Both the position numbers and the translations under genes were made by a program. A stretch of DNA of 64,000 nt from Haplodiscus bocki (lineage: Eukaryota), in NCBI GenBank assembly GCA_965655095.1, contig OZ296659.1, positions 42,222,001 to 42,286,000 on the forward strand, read 5' to 3'. The notes beneath the pieces were generated by a model that was not told the DNA's origin, searched no databases, and saw only the letters and a program-made list of their open reading frames with translations. This document shows positions 22,200-35,550 of the stretch, one piece after another (the first letter of the stretch is position 1; each line of letters starts with the position of its first letter).

Positions 22200-25100
22200 C
22201 AAGAAAAACCGAAGCGGAGTTATGTTGTCCGAAAACCGAGCTCTTTCACAGGCTGTCCATGGACAGAGAGTTGTCGGAAAACACAAAAAAATTATCGAAA
22301 AAAAACTAAAAGAAGCCTCTTAGGGGAATCGGCTTAAAAGTCTTTGAAATTATTGAACACACCAAAACATATAAAGACTTGGAAACCTCGACGAACACAA
22401 TTTTTAACCCGTTTCAACGGGCAGTTCACAAAAACGAAGGCAAAACAGCATCGAATAGAATATCTTTCCGAAGTGAGAGAAAGACCGCAAAAAAAACAAA
22501 CCGGCTATCAAATATCGAATATAAATATAAATTTGATAGTATAACGAGACATCAATTACAAAAAGCAAAGTTTTTTTGAAAGAAGACAAAGAATTGAAGG
22601 ATGTTTCAGGTAACTCGACCAAATCACAACAGAATTCTACTGCGCGATACATGCAAAAGCAAATACGGAAACAAAACAGAAATAAAAGAAACAGAATCAA
22701 AACAAACAACTCAAAAAAGAACGAACTGACAAACGGACAACAGAACCAACATTGAAGCAAGAAAACGCAATTGTTGATATTATCGACAAAACAATTGGGC
22801 ATTAATTCATAATTTCTCGGCAAAAAAAGCAATATGCAAAAACTGCGAAGAGGAATAATACTATTAACGATGGTTCAAATCACAGCCTATTCGATTCGTC
22901 AATGAAGTAATCAACCTAGGCAATCAAAAAACAAAGACTGGGTTTGAGTTCAAAACCAATTAGTTTCAACAGCACACAGAATATACAACAACACCAACGG
23001 ATTTCACAAAACAAAAACAACACAAGAAGAAAAAATCAAAATTAGTGTTAATACCGTATCAGAGATGACAAAAAACCTTGATAAATTGCAAACGGTTTAG
23101 CTGAAAGAGATGGAAATTCCATAATCGGACGTACACAAAGCACAATAAATTATATGACAGAAACGGAAATTAACGTAGGAAAAAAACAAAACTATGCATC
23201 ATACAAAGAATAACAGAAAATAAAATGCAACCACAAACGGACTTTGGTGGGTTTGAGTTAGTAAGCGTACATCAGTAAGAGACAAAATAGGGAAATTAAA
23301 AGCAGAAAAAACGGAAAAATGTTCAGGGAAAGTTTCATTGAACCACACAAAAAACTTTGAAAAATTAATGTTTAACTGAAACCAAATACCAGGAGGACAG
23401 TACAAAATCAAGGCCATTTCTGCTTCAATTACAAGAGATGGTAACGAAAAAAGTTTGAAAGTGTTCAAGTTTTCCATTGGGGCCATTTTGAAAGGCTAAA
23501 GGAAATAAAAAGGAACAATCTCTCATGATCGTCGGTTACAAGGGCGCAGAAATATCTTTCGATGAAAATTTGCATTTGATATAACGAAGACGAATGACCT
23601 TTGCATGAAAGATACGGAGCAGCTGAAGAGGAGCTAATCAGCATAATCTCGCATAAAATACCGAAAATCAGCAAACCGCTCCGTGTCTCACAGATAGATC
23701 TAGAATACGCTTGACGACAAGTAGAAATATCACAACAAGCGCAAAAACTTCGTTTTATTGAAATGGTTGGGTGCAAGCGTACAGGTCTACCAATTGCGCA
23801 CATTTTGTCGAAAAAACATCTTAAGAACACGAAGTATTCAACGGAGAAACACCGACGTTGTTGCATGAGATAACCATAGTATCATGTGGTTCACCCGAAG
23901 AACACCGGTAAACAGTAGGAAAACTACTTCAAAGCTTAAGAAAAAGCCGATTCAAAGCCACTGAAGCGAAATTTGAAAATTTCAAGAAAGCGGCCTAATG
24001 GTTTGGTGACAAAATAAACTCTGACAGAACGAAACCAACCGCGGGCAAAAAACTAGCCTTGTTGGAAACTCCTAACCGATAACTATGGAACACTGAACGC
24101 TGAAACCAGGTTGAGAGCAATTCGGCATCTATCCATACCTATAAAGAAATTACGTCAGGAAAAATGGACAACTTTCGAAATTAATTAGAGAAAGAACGAA
24201 CCAGCTGTGATCTAACGAGAGGAAGGACGAATTCCAACAAGTCACATAAGTTTTCAAACGAATCCAGCAATTGGCACCTTTTTGACCATTCGCTGAATGT
24301 AGTATATCTGTCGCCGCTAGTATAAAGGATGGGGGCCGTTCTACTGCCAGACAAACTGAACGGTGATTTGAAACTATTGGTTTTAACTAAAAACAACGCA
24401 GAAAGAGAATACAAAATCAGCGAAAAATTATACCTTTGTGTAATTTCGGGTAAGAGGATTGTTTTTACTGAAAAAAAAGTTTTTCAAAAGCTGATCAACG
24501 AATGATGCAGCCGTTACTAATCCGGAAGTGAGAACTTTAACAAAATAATGCCCGATTGACAAAATAGTGAGACCAGCTCCCACATTGTGTTGTGAAAATA
24601 CAATCTACAACCGGAAAGTGCACGGCTTCTAACTAAAATCTGATTCAAATCTCAGTATTGAAATCTGCTTCGGCAGATAATTTTGACGAAGATGCCATTG
24701 TTTGCATTCTCGATCAACCGTCTTCCTCGACAGACATTTCAGCGAAAAAAAAATAAGAAAACGGACTAGACAATCAGAAACGGTTACGGCTGTTAGCGTG
24801 TACTAAACAATCTGCTACGTTTTTGAGGGGCAACAGCTCATGAATTCGCAAGAAAAAATTAGACAGTTTTTAACAAAATGTCATCAAATTACCAGTACGA
24901 GTAGCAAAATCCAAAAGGCCGATGTCAACAATTTCTTCTGATCTAAAAGTCCTCTTCCATTTCGTGATTGAGTTGTTTTTCAGTTACCCTCAAACTTCAA
25001 CAATTGAACATTGCGTTGGCAATGAGCCATATCAACTCATTGAACGAAATTGATTAATACAAACATGGTCAAATTGAGTCACAAAGACCTGCTGATCGAT

Positions 25101-27100
25101 CGCCTGATCAGATATTCCCTGAGGCAATCCTCAACACTGGAAGAGAACTCTTTCTCATGCCAAGCAAAAAAAAACCGGCACAAAAGCAAAATTCAACGTC
25201 GGCAAATAACTAGAAATGCGAATATCCAGGTCGGAGAAAACGCTCCTCCAGCACCACATCGTACCGCAGTAAAAGAGATAGACGGACAGGTCAAACACAG
25301 TTTTTGAACAAAAACAGAGTGTGAAGCAAAAATGTGGACAGGAGTGACTGGACACGAATCAACACACAGCAGAAACTCAATCATTGCAACGCGCTTGTTC
25401 GTCGGTTAAGATCCAGTCTATTTCAATAAAGTACAATGTTCCGCAAAATCGGACTATTTAAACTTGCAGCGGAAAATGTAAAACTAAGGTAGGAGCGCAA
25501 TAGTAACTTATCCCAAAAAACTGATACACGAGACCATAAAGAATAGAGAAGTGCTCGAAGTCATACAATCCGTTCACGAAAAGAACGCGTATGGTTGGCT
25601 AATCGATGAGCAAGCCACAATGGAAAAGCTATTTACAAGATTGGGCCTATTATTAAACTACTACCAGGACGACCGGGTGGTAATCTTAAAAAGCATTGCA
25701 CCAACCTTTATCCATTTGCTAAAAGCTGGTTATGACGGGATTTGAAAATTCTTGGCCAAAGCGCAAAAATTTTTGGGCCGCCAAATAAGGAATTCAGTTA
25801 GAAAAAAACCCAAGCCTGCCACCTTTGTAATGCGGCTTCTTTGAAAATTGCAAAACAAAACTTCAATTCAGTTTACTGAAAGCTAAACTAGAAGCAGTCA
25901 AAAGAAAAAACAGTGGAAGCGGGGTTACAATGAGACTCCATCGGTATTTTAGTTGATTACAGCGAAAATTGCAATTTAGTAACCTTGGCCGATCGAGCAA
26001 AAGGATGGTGGCCAGAGTCTGCGACACAGCAAAACCGAAAACCAAATTTGCTTTATAGAAAACCATACAGCAGTAATTAATATACCTGAAACGGATTAAA
26101 AGAGTGCGGTGTATTTCAATGTTTTCAAATAACGGAGTAAAATTGGTCACACGTCTGCCGCGTTTACACACGAGAACCTGCGTGACAGAACGGAGAATTC
26201 AAACTTCGATCAGTTTCATGCGAACAACTAGAGAAATTCATAGCAGTAATGCTGAAAGCTCATAAGGGAAAAGGACAGTCATCCTTGCAGCGTTGAGAAA
26301 GTCACCACTGTAGTTACAGTTTGGAGGTAAAATATGCCAATTAATTGATAAGTATCCCGGCGACGATGAACTATCACGTGATTGCTGAAGCTCTAATAAA
26401 CTTTCAACCAAAGGCAAACAGTTTTTGGTTATGCCTGGTGCGGCGGAAAATGAGATACACCTAACAATGTGGTGATAGCGCGCACGTGGAGTGCCGTAGT
26501 CAAACCAAGCCTAAGTTCGACCAGCTTACTGAGTCTGGTTAGTTATTTAGTTCCGTAGTTTTGGTACGAAACGTTTGAAAGGCAGATTCATTGAAAGCAA
26601 ATTCAAAACATGGCCAATCATTATAATTCAAAAAACTAATGATGCGGTAATAACCGACCAAAATAGACGTTTATATGAATCTTTACTCTAAAAACCTTTT
26701 TTTCCAGCCAAATGTTAGCCAACGAGGAGAATGACAAAAAATTTCAAAAACAGCGATAGATTCCCGCTGGCCATTGCTTCGAACTGAGCCGACAAATGAT
26801 GCGTAAAGAAATAGCGCAGTGGAAGCACAGACAGGCCGATTGAGTTTCTTTGCATCAAACTACTGAATGAAAGGCCGGTAGAAATATTCGATCTGACCGC
26901 GTCGTCAAGTGGATCAAGAGACAGAAACACCACAGACGGTGGAGGAGCATCCACCAGTTTTCGAATCACCAACCGGCGAAGACGGTATTGAAAATGAAAG
27001 ACCGGGACAATCCGGAACAAAGAACCATGGAACAGAAGTTAAACTATAAATCCATTCGACATCAGAAAATGTCGTAAGGTATTACGGTAGCTTTCTATAA
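22200..27100 (+). mobile_element. Heavily decayed Ty3/Gypsy LTR retrotransposon, internal gag-pol region
   Basis: Fragments in PR-RT-RH-INT order: 'NSIIGR' (~23120); RT 'SQIDLEYA*RQVEIS' (~23690), 'TPTLLHEITIVSCGSPEEH' (catalytic DD motif lost, ~23850), 'WFGDKI'; RNase H 'NAEREYKISE' (~24400); integrase 'DDRVVI...IHLL' (~25670) and 'PRLHT...ERRIQT' (~26160). Many stops and frameshifts; LTRs not identified. Confidence 0.8.
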
Positions 27101-27642
27101 TGCAGCGAATAATATTTCAAATCTCAGTGGGGCGTACATTCACCACACGTGAAGGAAATGACATGCTAATAATTAGCGCCGGGAGTTTATCCGAGGGCAG
27201 TAGATAAATGGAAATAGACGTAAGCGTCAAGGAGAAAGAAGAAAAGTTTTGAAGTGCAGGAAAGTTATAGTGGAACATTAGCTCTTAAAATGAATAGGGA
27301 CTTTAAGACAACCCATTGGACCATACTCATTATAATCCGGTTCTATTGGCAAGCAAACTTCAACGATACTACGGAATGTTAGTTTCCGTTTATGTGATAG
27401 TCTGTAGAGATGATGTTCGGGAAACAATTGCTTTTTTAGTATTACATTGAGAAACTTTTATATTGATTAATATTATTTAGGCCAATGTAGTAGAATTCAA
27501 CCAGCATGAAAAGTCAAGATGCCCCGTAACTAAGAGTTACCTCAAATATGTTGAACTGACATACTCAGAAACGATGAGAGAAATGTTTTTTGAGGAATTC
27601 TGTGAATGTATTCAGAAAAATGATTAAACGTTCAAAGGATTG

Positions 27643-28165
27643 TTATTTTGCGCCATATTGAGAATATAGAAACAAAATCTTCCTCTCAAATAGGTGCGTT
27701 TTTTATACCCAATGTTTGCCAATTGAGCTTGCGTAGAAGAGTCAACGTCGGTTGTTCACGCGTCTGACTGAACGTGAAATTATTTTTTTATCAAATTGTA
27801 GCAAGTTTGCCATAGAATGCGACTGAAATAGTAAGATTTCTCAAAACGTTCAAAAATTGTTTTTTTCTTTAAAAAATTTATAGATGGGTTGTTCGAAAAA
27901 ATCTAGAAATTTTTCAAGATCGGTAAAGGTAGCAAATTTGCTATAGAATGCGTATCAAATGGTATTTTTACATGAAAATTTCTTTTCCGCCCAAATTATG
28001 AGGTTTTTTGGCAAAAAAAGAAATTTTTGAACGTTGGAAAAATTAGAAAATATGATGAAGAAAAAATTTTTTTTCGAGAAAAAAAATCGTTTTCATCTTT
28101 TAAAATTAAATCTTTACCAAATTGGGAAGGCGCAAAATATGGCCGTGGTAGCAGGCCGTCTTGTT
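27643..28165 (+). mobile_element. HINE/DINE-1-like element, clearest structural copy
   Basis: 5' subTIR TATTTTGCGCC (27644-27654), 3' subTIR GGCGCAAAATA (28129-28139), GC-rich stem-loop ggccgtggtagcaggcc, terminal gtcttgTT; no TSD. Confidence 0.8.
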
Positions 28166-28434
28166 AAATATTCAATTTTATGAGACAGATTTTTACAGCA
28201 ATTCAATAGTTTATGCAATTTCATGAACGCAAATCCAAATAAGTTTTCGTTCTTTTGTTGGAATAATTTCGTCGTAAACTTTTGATTTTCAAAAGATGAT
28301 ATTATTTTCCAGTTCAGCTGCAATACGTCTACAACAAAACGACAAAAAGTTTCCAAAAACCGTCTTTAATGATACCAAACAGGGCAACTAAAAGCTCCAC
28401 TTAGGATTTGGATTGGATAGGAAATTTTGCCGCG

Positions 28435-29370
28435 TCAATTTGGATAACCAGAATACTGTCCCCAACGATATCCAAATTCCAACCACCATTTCATGGTAAG
28501 AGATTGATAATAAGCACAAAGCAGGTTTACATTCCCAACAGATGGGCTGTCATAGCTGTTTTTCCATTCAATTCTTGTCTCCAACGTGTGGCTTGGAGTC
28601 TTTTTATTAGCTCCCATAAAAAGAAATGGCTCCGAAAACGGTGTTGAACCTTCACCCTTGAAAAAGAATATTTTGCCTTTCAAATCTTCTTTGCATCCTT
28701 TGTAATTCCATTTAAGACTGATGCTAAGCCTTGTATTACCTTCGCTAGCTTTGACGGGTGTTGCTTTCAATTCGAATTCATGATCTTCGTGCCTGAAAAA
28801 AGTACCACCTTGCCAATCTGTGCTGCCGAAAATACCCGAACAGCAACTCGAAGCTTTGTGAAATCGCGTAGTGAAATGGAAAGGTCCACATTTTTTTTCA
28901 AGTTCATTCATTGATCTGTTCACTTTTTCTCTCAAGTTGATCGTAGAGGCATCTTTCAGGAACATCTCAACATTTTTCATGTCTACGCTGTAGTTTAGAT
29001 CATGGGCAAAATACCTTATCTCGTGGAAACCTCCAATCAATTTCCGAGTTTTTGTTTCTGCTGCTAGAAGCTCTTCTTTGTTTTTCTTGAGTTCTTCTAA
29101 GTCTTCAAGTCTTTTCTCGTATTCCAAAATAACCTTATGAGCGAGTTGTAAACTTTCAAACATCTCTGCTTCCACAGCTATCTTTTCCATATGTTGAAAT
29201 TTAGTAGAGTTTTTCAAATTCTTCTGAAGGTATTCCCGATAGGGTGTCACGGAATGAAGCTTATGCTCTTCTTCGAAGCAATCGTGGCAAATGGTGCCTT
29301 CGCATATGTCGCAGTAGAACTCGATAGGTCCATGGTTCTCATCACAAAATGTCCTGATATTTTGGTTCAT
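28435..29370 (-). CDS. Intronless RING-less TRIM-like protein: B-box2 zinc finger, coiled coil, probable MATH/TRAF-like beta domain (311 aa)
   Basis: Longest ORF in the window and intact. N-terminus C..NH....FYC..C...IC..C....H..H (B-box type 2); heptad-rich E/K segment; C-terminal beta-rich 'FRHEDHEFELKATP......RLSISLKW' resembles MATH strands (inference). Confidence 0.8.
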   Translation of the reverse strand: MNQNIRTFCDENHGPIEFYCDICEGTICHDCFEEEHKLHSVTPYREYLQKNLKNSTKFQHMEKIAVEAEMFESLQLAHKVILEYEKRLEDLEELKKNKEELLAAETKTRKLIGGFHEIRYFAHDLNYSVDMKNVEMFLKDASTINLREKVNRSMNELEKKCGPFHFTTRFHKASSCCSGIFGSTDWQGGTFFRHEDHEFELKATPVKASEGNTRLSISLKWNYKGCKEDLKGKIFFFKGEGSTPFSEPFLFMGANKKTPSHTLETRIEWKNSYDSPSVGNVNLLCAYYQSLTMKWWLEFGYRWGQYSGYPN

Positions 29371-31023
29371 CCGGTATCAGCCGAATCACTGGCTCTCAAT
29401 CAGAAGACAACACGTTCTTTTTCCGGAAAAATTCAATTTTTAATTCAATTTTTCCCTCAGAAACCTGGAAAAAAATTTGGAGTAGAATACGCGAACTCTA
29501 CTCGATTGCACTTATAAGGACGGTTGAACCTATAAGGAAACCGAATTCTTGACGGGAAGTAGTAAAATAGTACAATTTAGCTCAAAATATGAGATGCTTA
29601 TCATAGCTGAAGATTTTTGTCGCATCTTATGGGTTTATCGGTCTATCTTTGAACTTTACTTGGAAAATTGAAAATTTTTCAGGTAAAAGTGATGTAATAT
29701 TTTTGCATACCTGTAAAATGGGTGCGGATTCAACAGATACAGCTTCGAAATAACTCAGTGTCGAATTTAGTCAGTCAGCAGAAGTTGAGCTTGAGGAACA
29801 GCTATAACCAATACCTAGACGTCCAAAATTGTATCTCATACTTTGCATGGAAAACTGGAGCGCGAATTGTGCATGGCACATATCCAAATTGCTTGAACAT
29901 TATGCTTAAAGGAATGTGCTTGAAAAATTGAACGTACTACCGTCATATCTAAAAGAAAATTGTATGTGCGGAAAAATAACACTTGTTGGTATCGTAATAA
30001 TTTACTCTGCTGTTGCTAATAGTCTCTAATGTGACACTAGTAACACTATAATGGAATGAAGCTTCCTGCACATATGGCAACTTCAGTTTCAATGAATGGA
30101 CACTGACCATGCACCAAGCACATTGTTAAGTCACTAAATGAGGACCTCATCAATTAACAAACGAAAAACCGAAGATTTCCAACCATTCCTTTAGTCACCA
30201 AAATCAATGATCCCGGCGATGCGCGATTTGTTATGATTTTCCCAGACTGAATTTTTCCCTGGTCGCAACCTAAGTGATGTTTTATACTAAAAAGATATGG
30301 CAAAATAATGTGCCCGACAGATCTAGATACTTGTTTAAACATTAAGTGTTACAATGGCGTTTTGTTAGCAAAACTCATTTTTCATTTTGTGAATTTTTTT
30401 TCGCTGAAATGTGATTAATTTTCATTTTACGTAATGTCTAATGTCCTTATGTTGATTAGACGCATTTGCTTTTTTAAAATGATAACTCACTGGTAGTCAA
30501 ATATAACATATTTTCATCGAGTCAGCACTTCAATTCAATCACCTCTCACGTCTCTATTTCTTTGTGCAGTCCAAATGAGCACGCGTAAATAGCGTCATTT
30601 TTAGACTGCTTTAATTTATGAAGAGAAAATTTTTACAATGAATGCTGAGTTGAAATCCCAATTATTATCAGGGCTGCTCAGCGGTTTCTCAGAGTTTTTT
30701 TTTCAAAAAATTCACTTCAGTGCTGATATTTGAAACGCTGCGAACAAAATTTTCGGCCGAGAATATCGAACTCGCCGTTAAATGATTAATTAAATACCGG
30801 CAAAATAGTTCATAAAATATACAAAATCAAAATTCAGGACGCAGCATATATGTATTTTGAAATTTTTTTGCTGCTGAACGAAAAAATGGCTCAAAATACG
30901 CATAGATGACAGAAAACATTTCGCAAATTCATAGTCTTTCGTTTTAAAACTTCAGAGTTGCAAACGCATGTTTTTTTGCGACTATACTGTAATATAAAGC
31001 AAAATTTTTGAAAGTATAGTTAC

Positions 31024-32470
31024 CTTTTCTTCGTTCACAAATGTAACATTTTATCAATTCTTCATTCTCTGGCCAACAACCACTACTCACTAGAAGTGTG
31101 ACCGCACAATAATTTGCAGCTTCTTTATCCACTTTCAGTGCATCTTATAAGGTACAAAAAACTGTTTGACCGAAAAACAACGAAAATTTGTCAGCACCGT
31201 CCGAATATTTCCCTTCAGGCTGTCATGCTCGCATGAGAGAAAACTGAGCTATCTACGTATCCTTAAAACGACGTTTAAGTTCTATAAGTATGAAGCAGCT
31301 ATTTTATAGAGGATATTATTGCAAGTTAAGTAGCTATAAAACGCATAAAGGTATAAATTCAAATACGTCATATTACTTACCGTTGACCCCGATATGAAAG
31401 CAACTATATATCATATCATACTCTATTTAGTATGCTTAAACAGGTATTGCTGAGCATTTTATAAAGTAGCAGTTCCATAAACATCAAAACCAATAGTGCG
31501 GAAAAAGCAAGAAACGAGAAACACTTTGACGCTAGATTCTGATTGAAGCACAAACGTCAAAAAAATGCATATTTAGACGCTAACAAACACCGGTAAGCTT
31601 TGGCCGCAAACTTACATAGTTACAAATGCCCTCTGTAATGCAATAATTCCACTGGTCTTCTCATACAAATCGAATGAATAGGCTGAATCTACACCACATT
31701 AGAAAACACCCGTCTTGATGCTTTCGCCATTCTGCACTAAGTAAGCAACATATTTCTCAATAGGATGGAACAGACTTATATCAACAATAGATAGAATACA
31801 AACAGAATGGATTTAACAAAAATTATCAAAAACATCCGTTTCCATCCGTCAAGAATGTAGAGTGGTGAGTAGCATGTTTGTAACAAGGCTACCGACACAA
31901 ACCGATGGAGAAACCCGAACGAGTATTACTGTGATGGGAGAATTGGGTTTTGGTCGAAAGGCGGACTGACTTCGAGGTTCAGAAATTTTCTGATCTCTGA
32001 ACATACTAACTCACTCTATGATGCCTAACAGACTTTTTGCAATGTTTGATTTTAAATACTGATTTATTGATGCTACACATACATTTTCCGATCTCCGAAT
32101 CATATAGGTGACTTATTGCTGCTACAAAGACATTCATCAAAGCAAAATCGACGACCTAAAACCAGTAACGCCGACAGACATTTTTCGAAGTCTATCTAAT
32201 GAATTACATGTAATGGTGCTAATACTGACATTTTCTGATGTCTGAGGATAGATTGCCCTCAGACTTGATAATAGCAGTTAGGAACAGACTTTTCCAGTTG
32301 TTTCATCTCATAGGACATTGTATAATGTCCCAGACGGATCATAGCAGTAAATTTTACAGCTGGCAATTGAGCTATTGTATGCATCAATATAGAGACATTT
32401 TTCGATGTCTGTGCAAATGGAGCCATTTTGTTGTTCTAGCACGCGGAAGTTTTCTGATGTAAATCGTAAA
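31024..32470 (-). pseudogene. Decayed multi-exon PAN/apple-like plus C-type lectin gene
   Basis: Minus-strand pieces: 'SICTDIEKCLYIDAYNSSIASCKI' and 'YDSEIGKCMC' (PAN-like); 'SGFSIGLCR*PCYKH'; exons 31616-31682 and 31381-31403 ('FHIGVN'); 'YVDSSVFSH..*QP'; exon 31024-31143 'NYCAV...GCW...YICE'. Stops and frameshifts present. Confidence 0.45.
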
Positions 32471-33774
32471 TTTTGTTAGATTCCTTCGTAGAATTAACCC
32501 GACCTCAGAATGGAACACCCTTCCATGTTTAGAGCTTTTTATTAGTAGTTTCCAAACCTTAGTAACAATCTAAATATTTTTAGCTGCCTTACCATTGGGA
32601 TATTTTTGAAAATATCTACGGTTACCCCGGGTTTTGTATCTTCAAAAAGGTAGACTTCAAAAAAAGCATTATCATAGCACTTGTGGCTTCAGAACCAAAA
32701 CGAAAGTGCTGGAGGATAAAATCAGTTTGACGATATTTTCCTAGACTTTAGGTGAACTCAATTGAAGAAAAATTTTGAAATGTCGCTTTTTTAGACATTG
32801 TGGTTGAAAGGAAAAAAGTGTGATGAGACCGGCTGATGTCAAGAATAAACATGTTTACAATTTGTTTTTTTTCGACGTCATCAGGAAGTCTACTTGTTTG
32901 GTGAAAACGGTCAAGATTTTCTTGGCAGTTACTTGTTCAGTTTCGAATCGTTCACTGCGTAAACTTCCTATAAATTGGGCAGTTGAATAGTGTGACTTAA
33001 GAAAACATGATTGAAATTCAAATAAATTTTTTCTTTTCAATTTGAGACTGTGTAGCAGGCACTTGTTCAATTTTGAGAGTTTTATCGTCCAAACGTCTCA
33101 TAATTTGAGTGGCTATTTGACCGAACTTGAAAAGACTTGATTGACGTTTCATTTTTTCATGAATGAGACCCTCTGTCCGGTAAATGTTGGTCATTGTACA
33201 TATTCGAATAGGTTTTCAATTGACAACTAGTGCAGTTCCTGAAATTGTCAATCACGTCTCCGATCACGGTATCAAAAAACTTCTGCGATCAGTGATCTCA
33301 GCTGATAAGTCATAATGTGTTGTGAATCTCCGCTCAGCTGATAAATCTAAATCGAAAGCTGAGTAAACTATCATAGCTGATCCAAGAGTTACCAATTCAT
33401 CCTTTGTTGGCGAAGTTGACGAAAATCTTTTGACTTTTTACCCTCAATTCGTTGTCTTAAAACACTCTATTTTAACCTCTGACCAATTCCCAGGACCTGA
33501 AATAGAATGAGTAGTACGTGCAAACAAAGTTCTAAATTAAAAGTTTACTGTGTTGTTCAATTTGTTTTATGTTTAAAGCTGAAATTTTCAGAACCTCATG
33601 AAAATCTGCTCTTCTCAGAAGCTTTTTAGTGTCGAATGATTTTCTAATCGCAGAGCGTTTTCCACTGACACCTTGACAGAAGTGTACGAGCGGGTATTCA
33701 CAGATTCTTTTTAAAAAGAAAAATATGTCTTGGAAACCGTCTTATCCTTAGTTTCTTTTATCTTGTCCACAATT

Positions 33775-34310
33775 TGCATTTCTGTCGTCATCAGAGTTCA
33801 GTAGTCTAGTCTAAATGGTCAAAAGCGGCTTTTTTGTGGCAAATCCTCAATTATTTTGCTCATTTTTGCGTTGTTTTGCTTGAAAATTTCTTTAAAACTT
33901 GGCAAAAATTGCTGTAACCCGAAAAAAAATTGATTAACATATCTATTTTTTAATCAAACAGTCTGGCAGATACTCGCTTGTTTCCGCCTTTTTTGGAGCA
34001 CATTTTTCTGGGATGCTTGGCAGCAAAATAGGACAACGTGAACAAAATGACTTGATTGGTATATCTATATTTTATTGAGTCAATTTCGCAGGTAAGTTTC
34101 CGTTTACACGTTCCCTACTTTGCAAAATTCTTTAAAATTGGGCAGCTAAATCGCATAATCAAAAAACTGAAGATATACAAAAAAAATTCGAGACCATGAC
34201 AGTTACTCATTCAATTTCACAATCTTTACTGGGCAAACTACGGGAAGACGGGGCAGCAAAATGGCGTAACCTGAAAAGAGGTGATCGATAAATAAAATTT
34301 ACGATATGAG
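33775..34310 (+). repeat. Dispersed repeat family with internal sub-repeats (other copies ~32870-33000, 47295-47480, 51500-51670)
   Basis: Shared 't(g/c)(a/t)cgtcat.aga...aaatggtcaaaa.cggc.t.ttt.tggcaa...tgcaaaattc.t.aa..ttggg...(g/c)(c/t)gtaacctgaa'. Confidence 0.6.
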
Positions 34311-34969
34311 ACCCGGGAAAGGCCCGTTACGGTTGCCAGAAATTTTGTCTCAAGTATTGGTTCGAATAGTTTTCTCCATTAAATAATTTACTGAAACCGA
34401 ATAATTCATACAGCCATAAAAATTAATGTAGATATAAAGCTTGTAAAGAAATTGGGCTTTTCAGGTTTTTCATTCATTCTTCTGAAACTCCAGTCAGACT
34501 ATTCGATATTTTTCTAAAAGTTCGAATTTCAAAAGTTTACGCAGTACGGACCCAGAATTGTCAAAGATCTACATACTGAATTGAAGATTTTCTTTTTTTT
34601 TACGACGGAAACTTAAAAAATGATGAAATAACAGCAATTGGTTTTGAAAAGGATATCCCGGAGTTAACAGAGACCCCAGTGCAAACTAAGTTCCGATTAA
34701 GCACTTTCGAAAACCTATGAAAAATAATCCATTTGTGCTGATCAAACAGCAAAGATCCCAAACATTTTGCCAGTGAAACGATCAGATCCACAATTGTAAG
34801 ATCTTTCCACGATCGTGACAACATCTTGTCATGACTAGCATGTTTATGCGATCTTGGCAAGTCTCTGACGTTCTTCTGGGAGCGGTCTGGATAAGTCCTA
34901 TTTATTTTTTGGCAGGGCTGCAAAGATTAAAATAGCTTACAGTCAGAAATTCTGCCTCAAAAATGTGTT

Positions 34970-35550
34970 AGCTTGATCCAATAAGTCGAAACCAGTAGAG
35001 TCGAACTAAACAGCGTTGTCACAGAAGAATCACCATTCACTGTTCAGCGATGACTTTCAAGCTTGGCTGTTTGGAGTTTCTCGGGCAATTCAAAACCATG
35101 AATCACAACTTCTCATTGCTATCAAGGGATATAAAAGTAGACTCATGAGTGTAAAAGTTGTGAAAAATGAAAGACAATAAAGGTTCAACGAAAACATTAT
35201 GAATGCATTCTGAAATACCTGAAAACGACAATTTGTGAAAACTAAAGTCGTCCACGAGAACGCACCATTCAGTAAGCATTTTTACATTCCTCTTCGGAAT
35301 AAATCGGAACGATTCTTTCACTTCATTTTTGAACTTTCATTGATTGATGAAAATAAATTTCTCATCATATCCCATCGACAAGAGCAGAGCGTGATTTGAT
35401 TTGTAGGTTTCAATGATTTTTTGATGAAACCGTTTTTAAGAATGACGTTCGGCACATGAGGTCAAAGGAATGGTGACCGGTGAATCTTTTACAATTGCGG
35501 TGCATAGTTAAAGAATGTTCCACATGGTTCAATTTAGGAATGAGTAATCT
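34970..35550 (-). pseudogene. Unassigned eroded coding exon of about 190 codons
   Basis: Follows a ttgcag acceptor; one frame reads protein-like through scattered stops (IVKDSPVTIP...KIIETYKSNHALLLSMGYDEKFIF...MLTEWCVLVDD...). Family not recognised. Confidence 0.3.

Noticed and set aside
22404-23866. Minus-strand ORFs 22404-22832, 23199-23486 and 23465-23866
   Set aside because: They are antisense shadows of the A-rich Gypsy coding strand.
24663-24678. ATCTGC-TTCG-GCAGAT hairpin resembling the U6 snRNA 5' stem-loop
   Set aside because: No ACAGAGA box or other U6 sequence follows; it lies inside the Gypsy relic.
31616-31682. 'YEKTSGIIALQRAF' as an ABCA transporter exon
   Set aside because: No other ABC exons nearby; the neighbouring pieces fit a C-type lectin.
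35103-35450. Cytochrome P450 N-terminal similarity
   Set aside because: Only a vague pattern; no WxxxR, ExxR or heme motif found.
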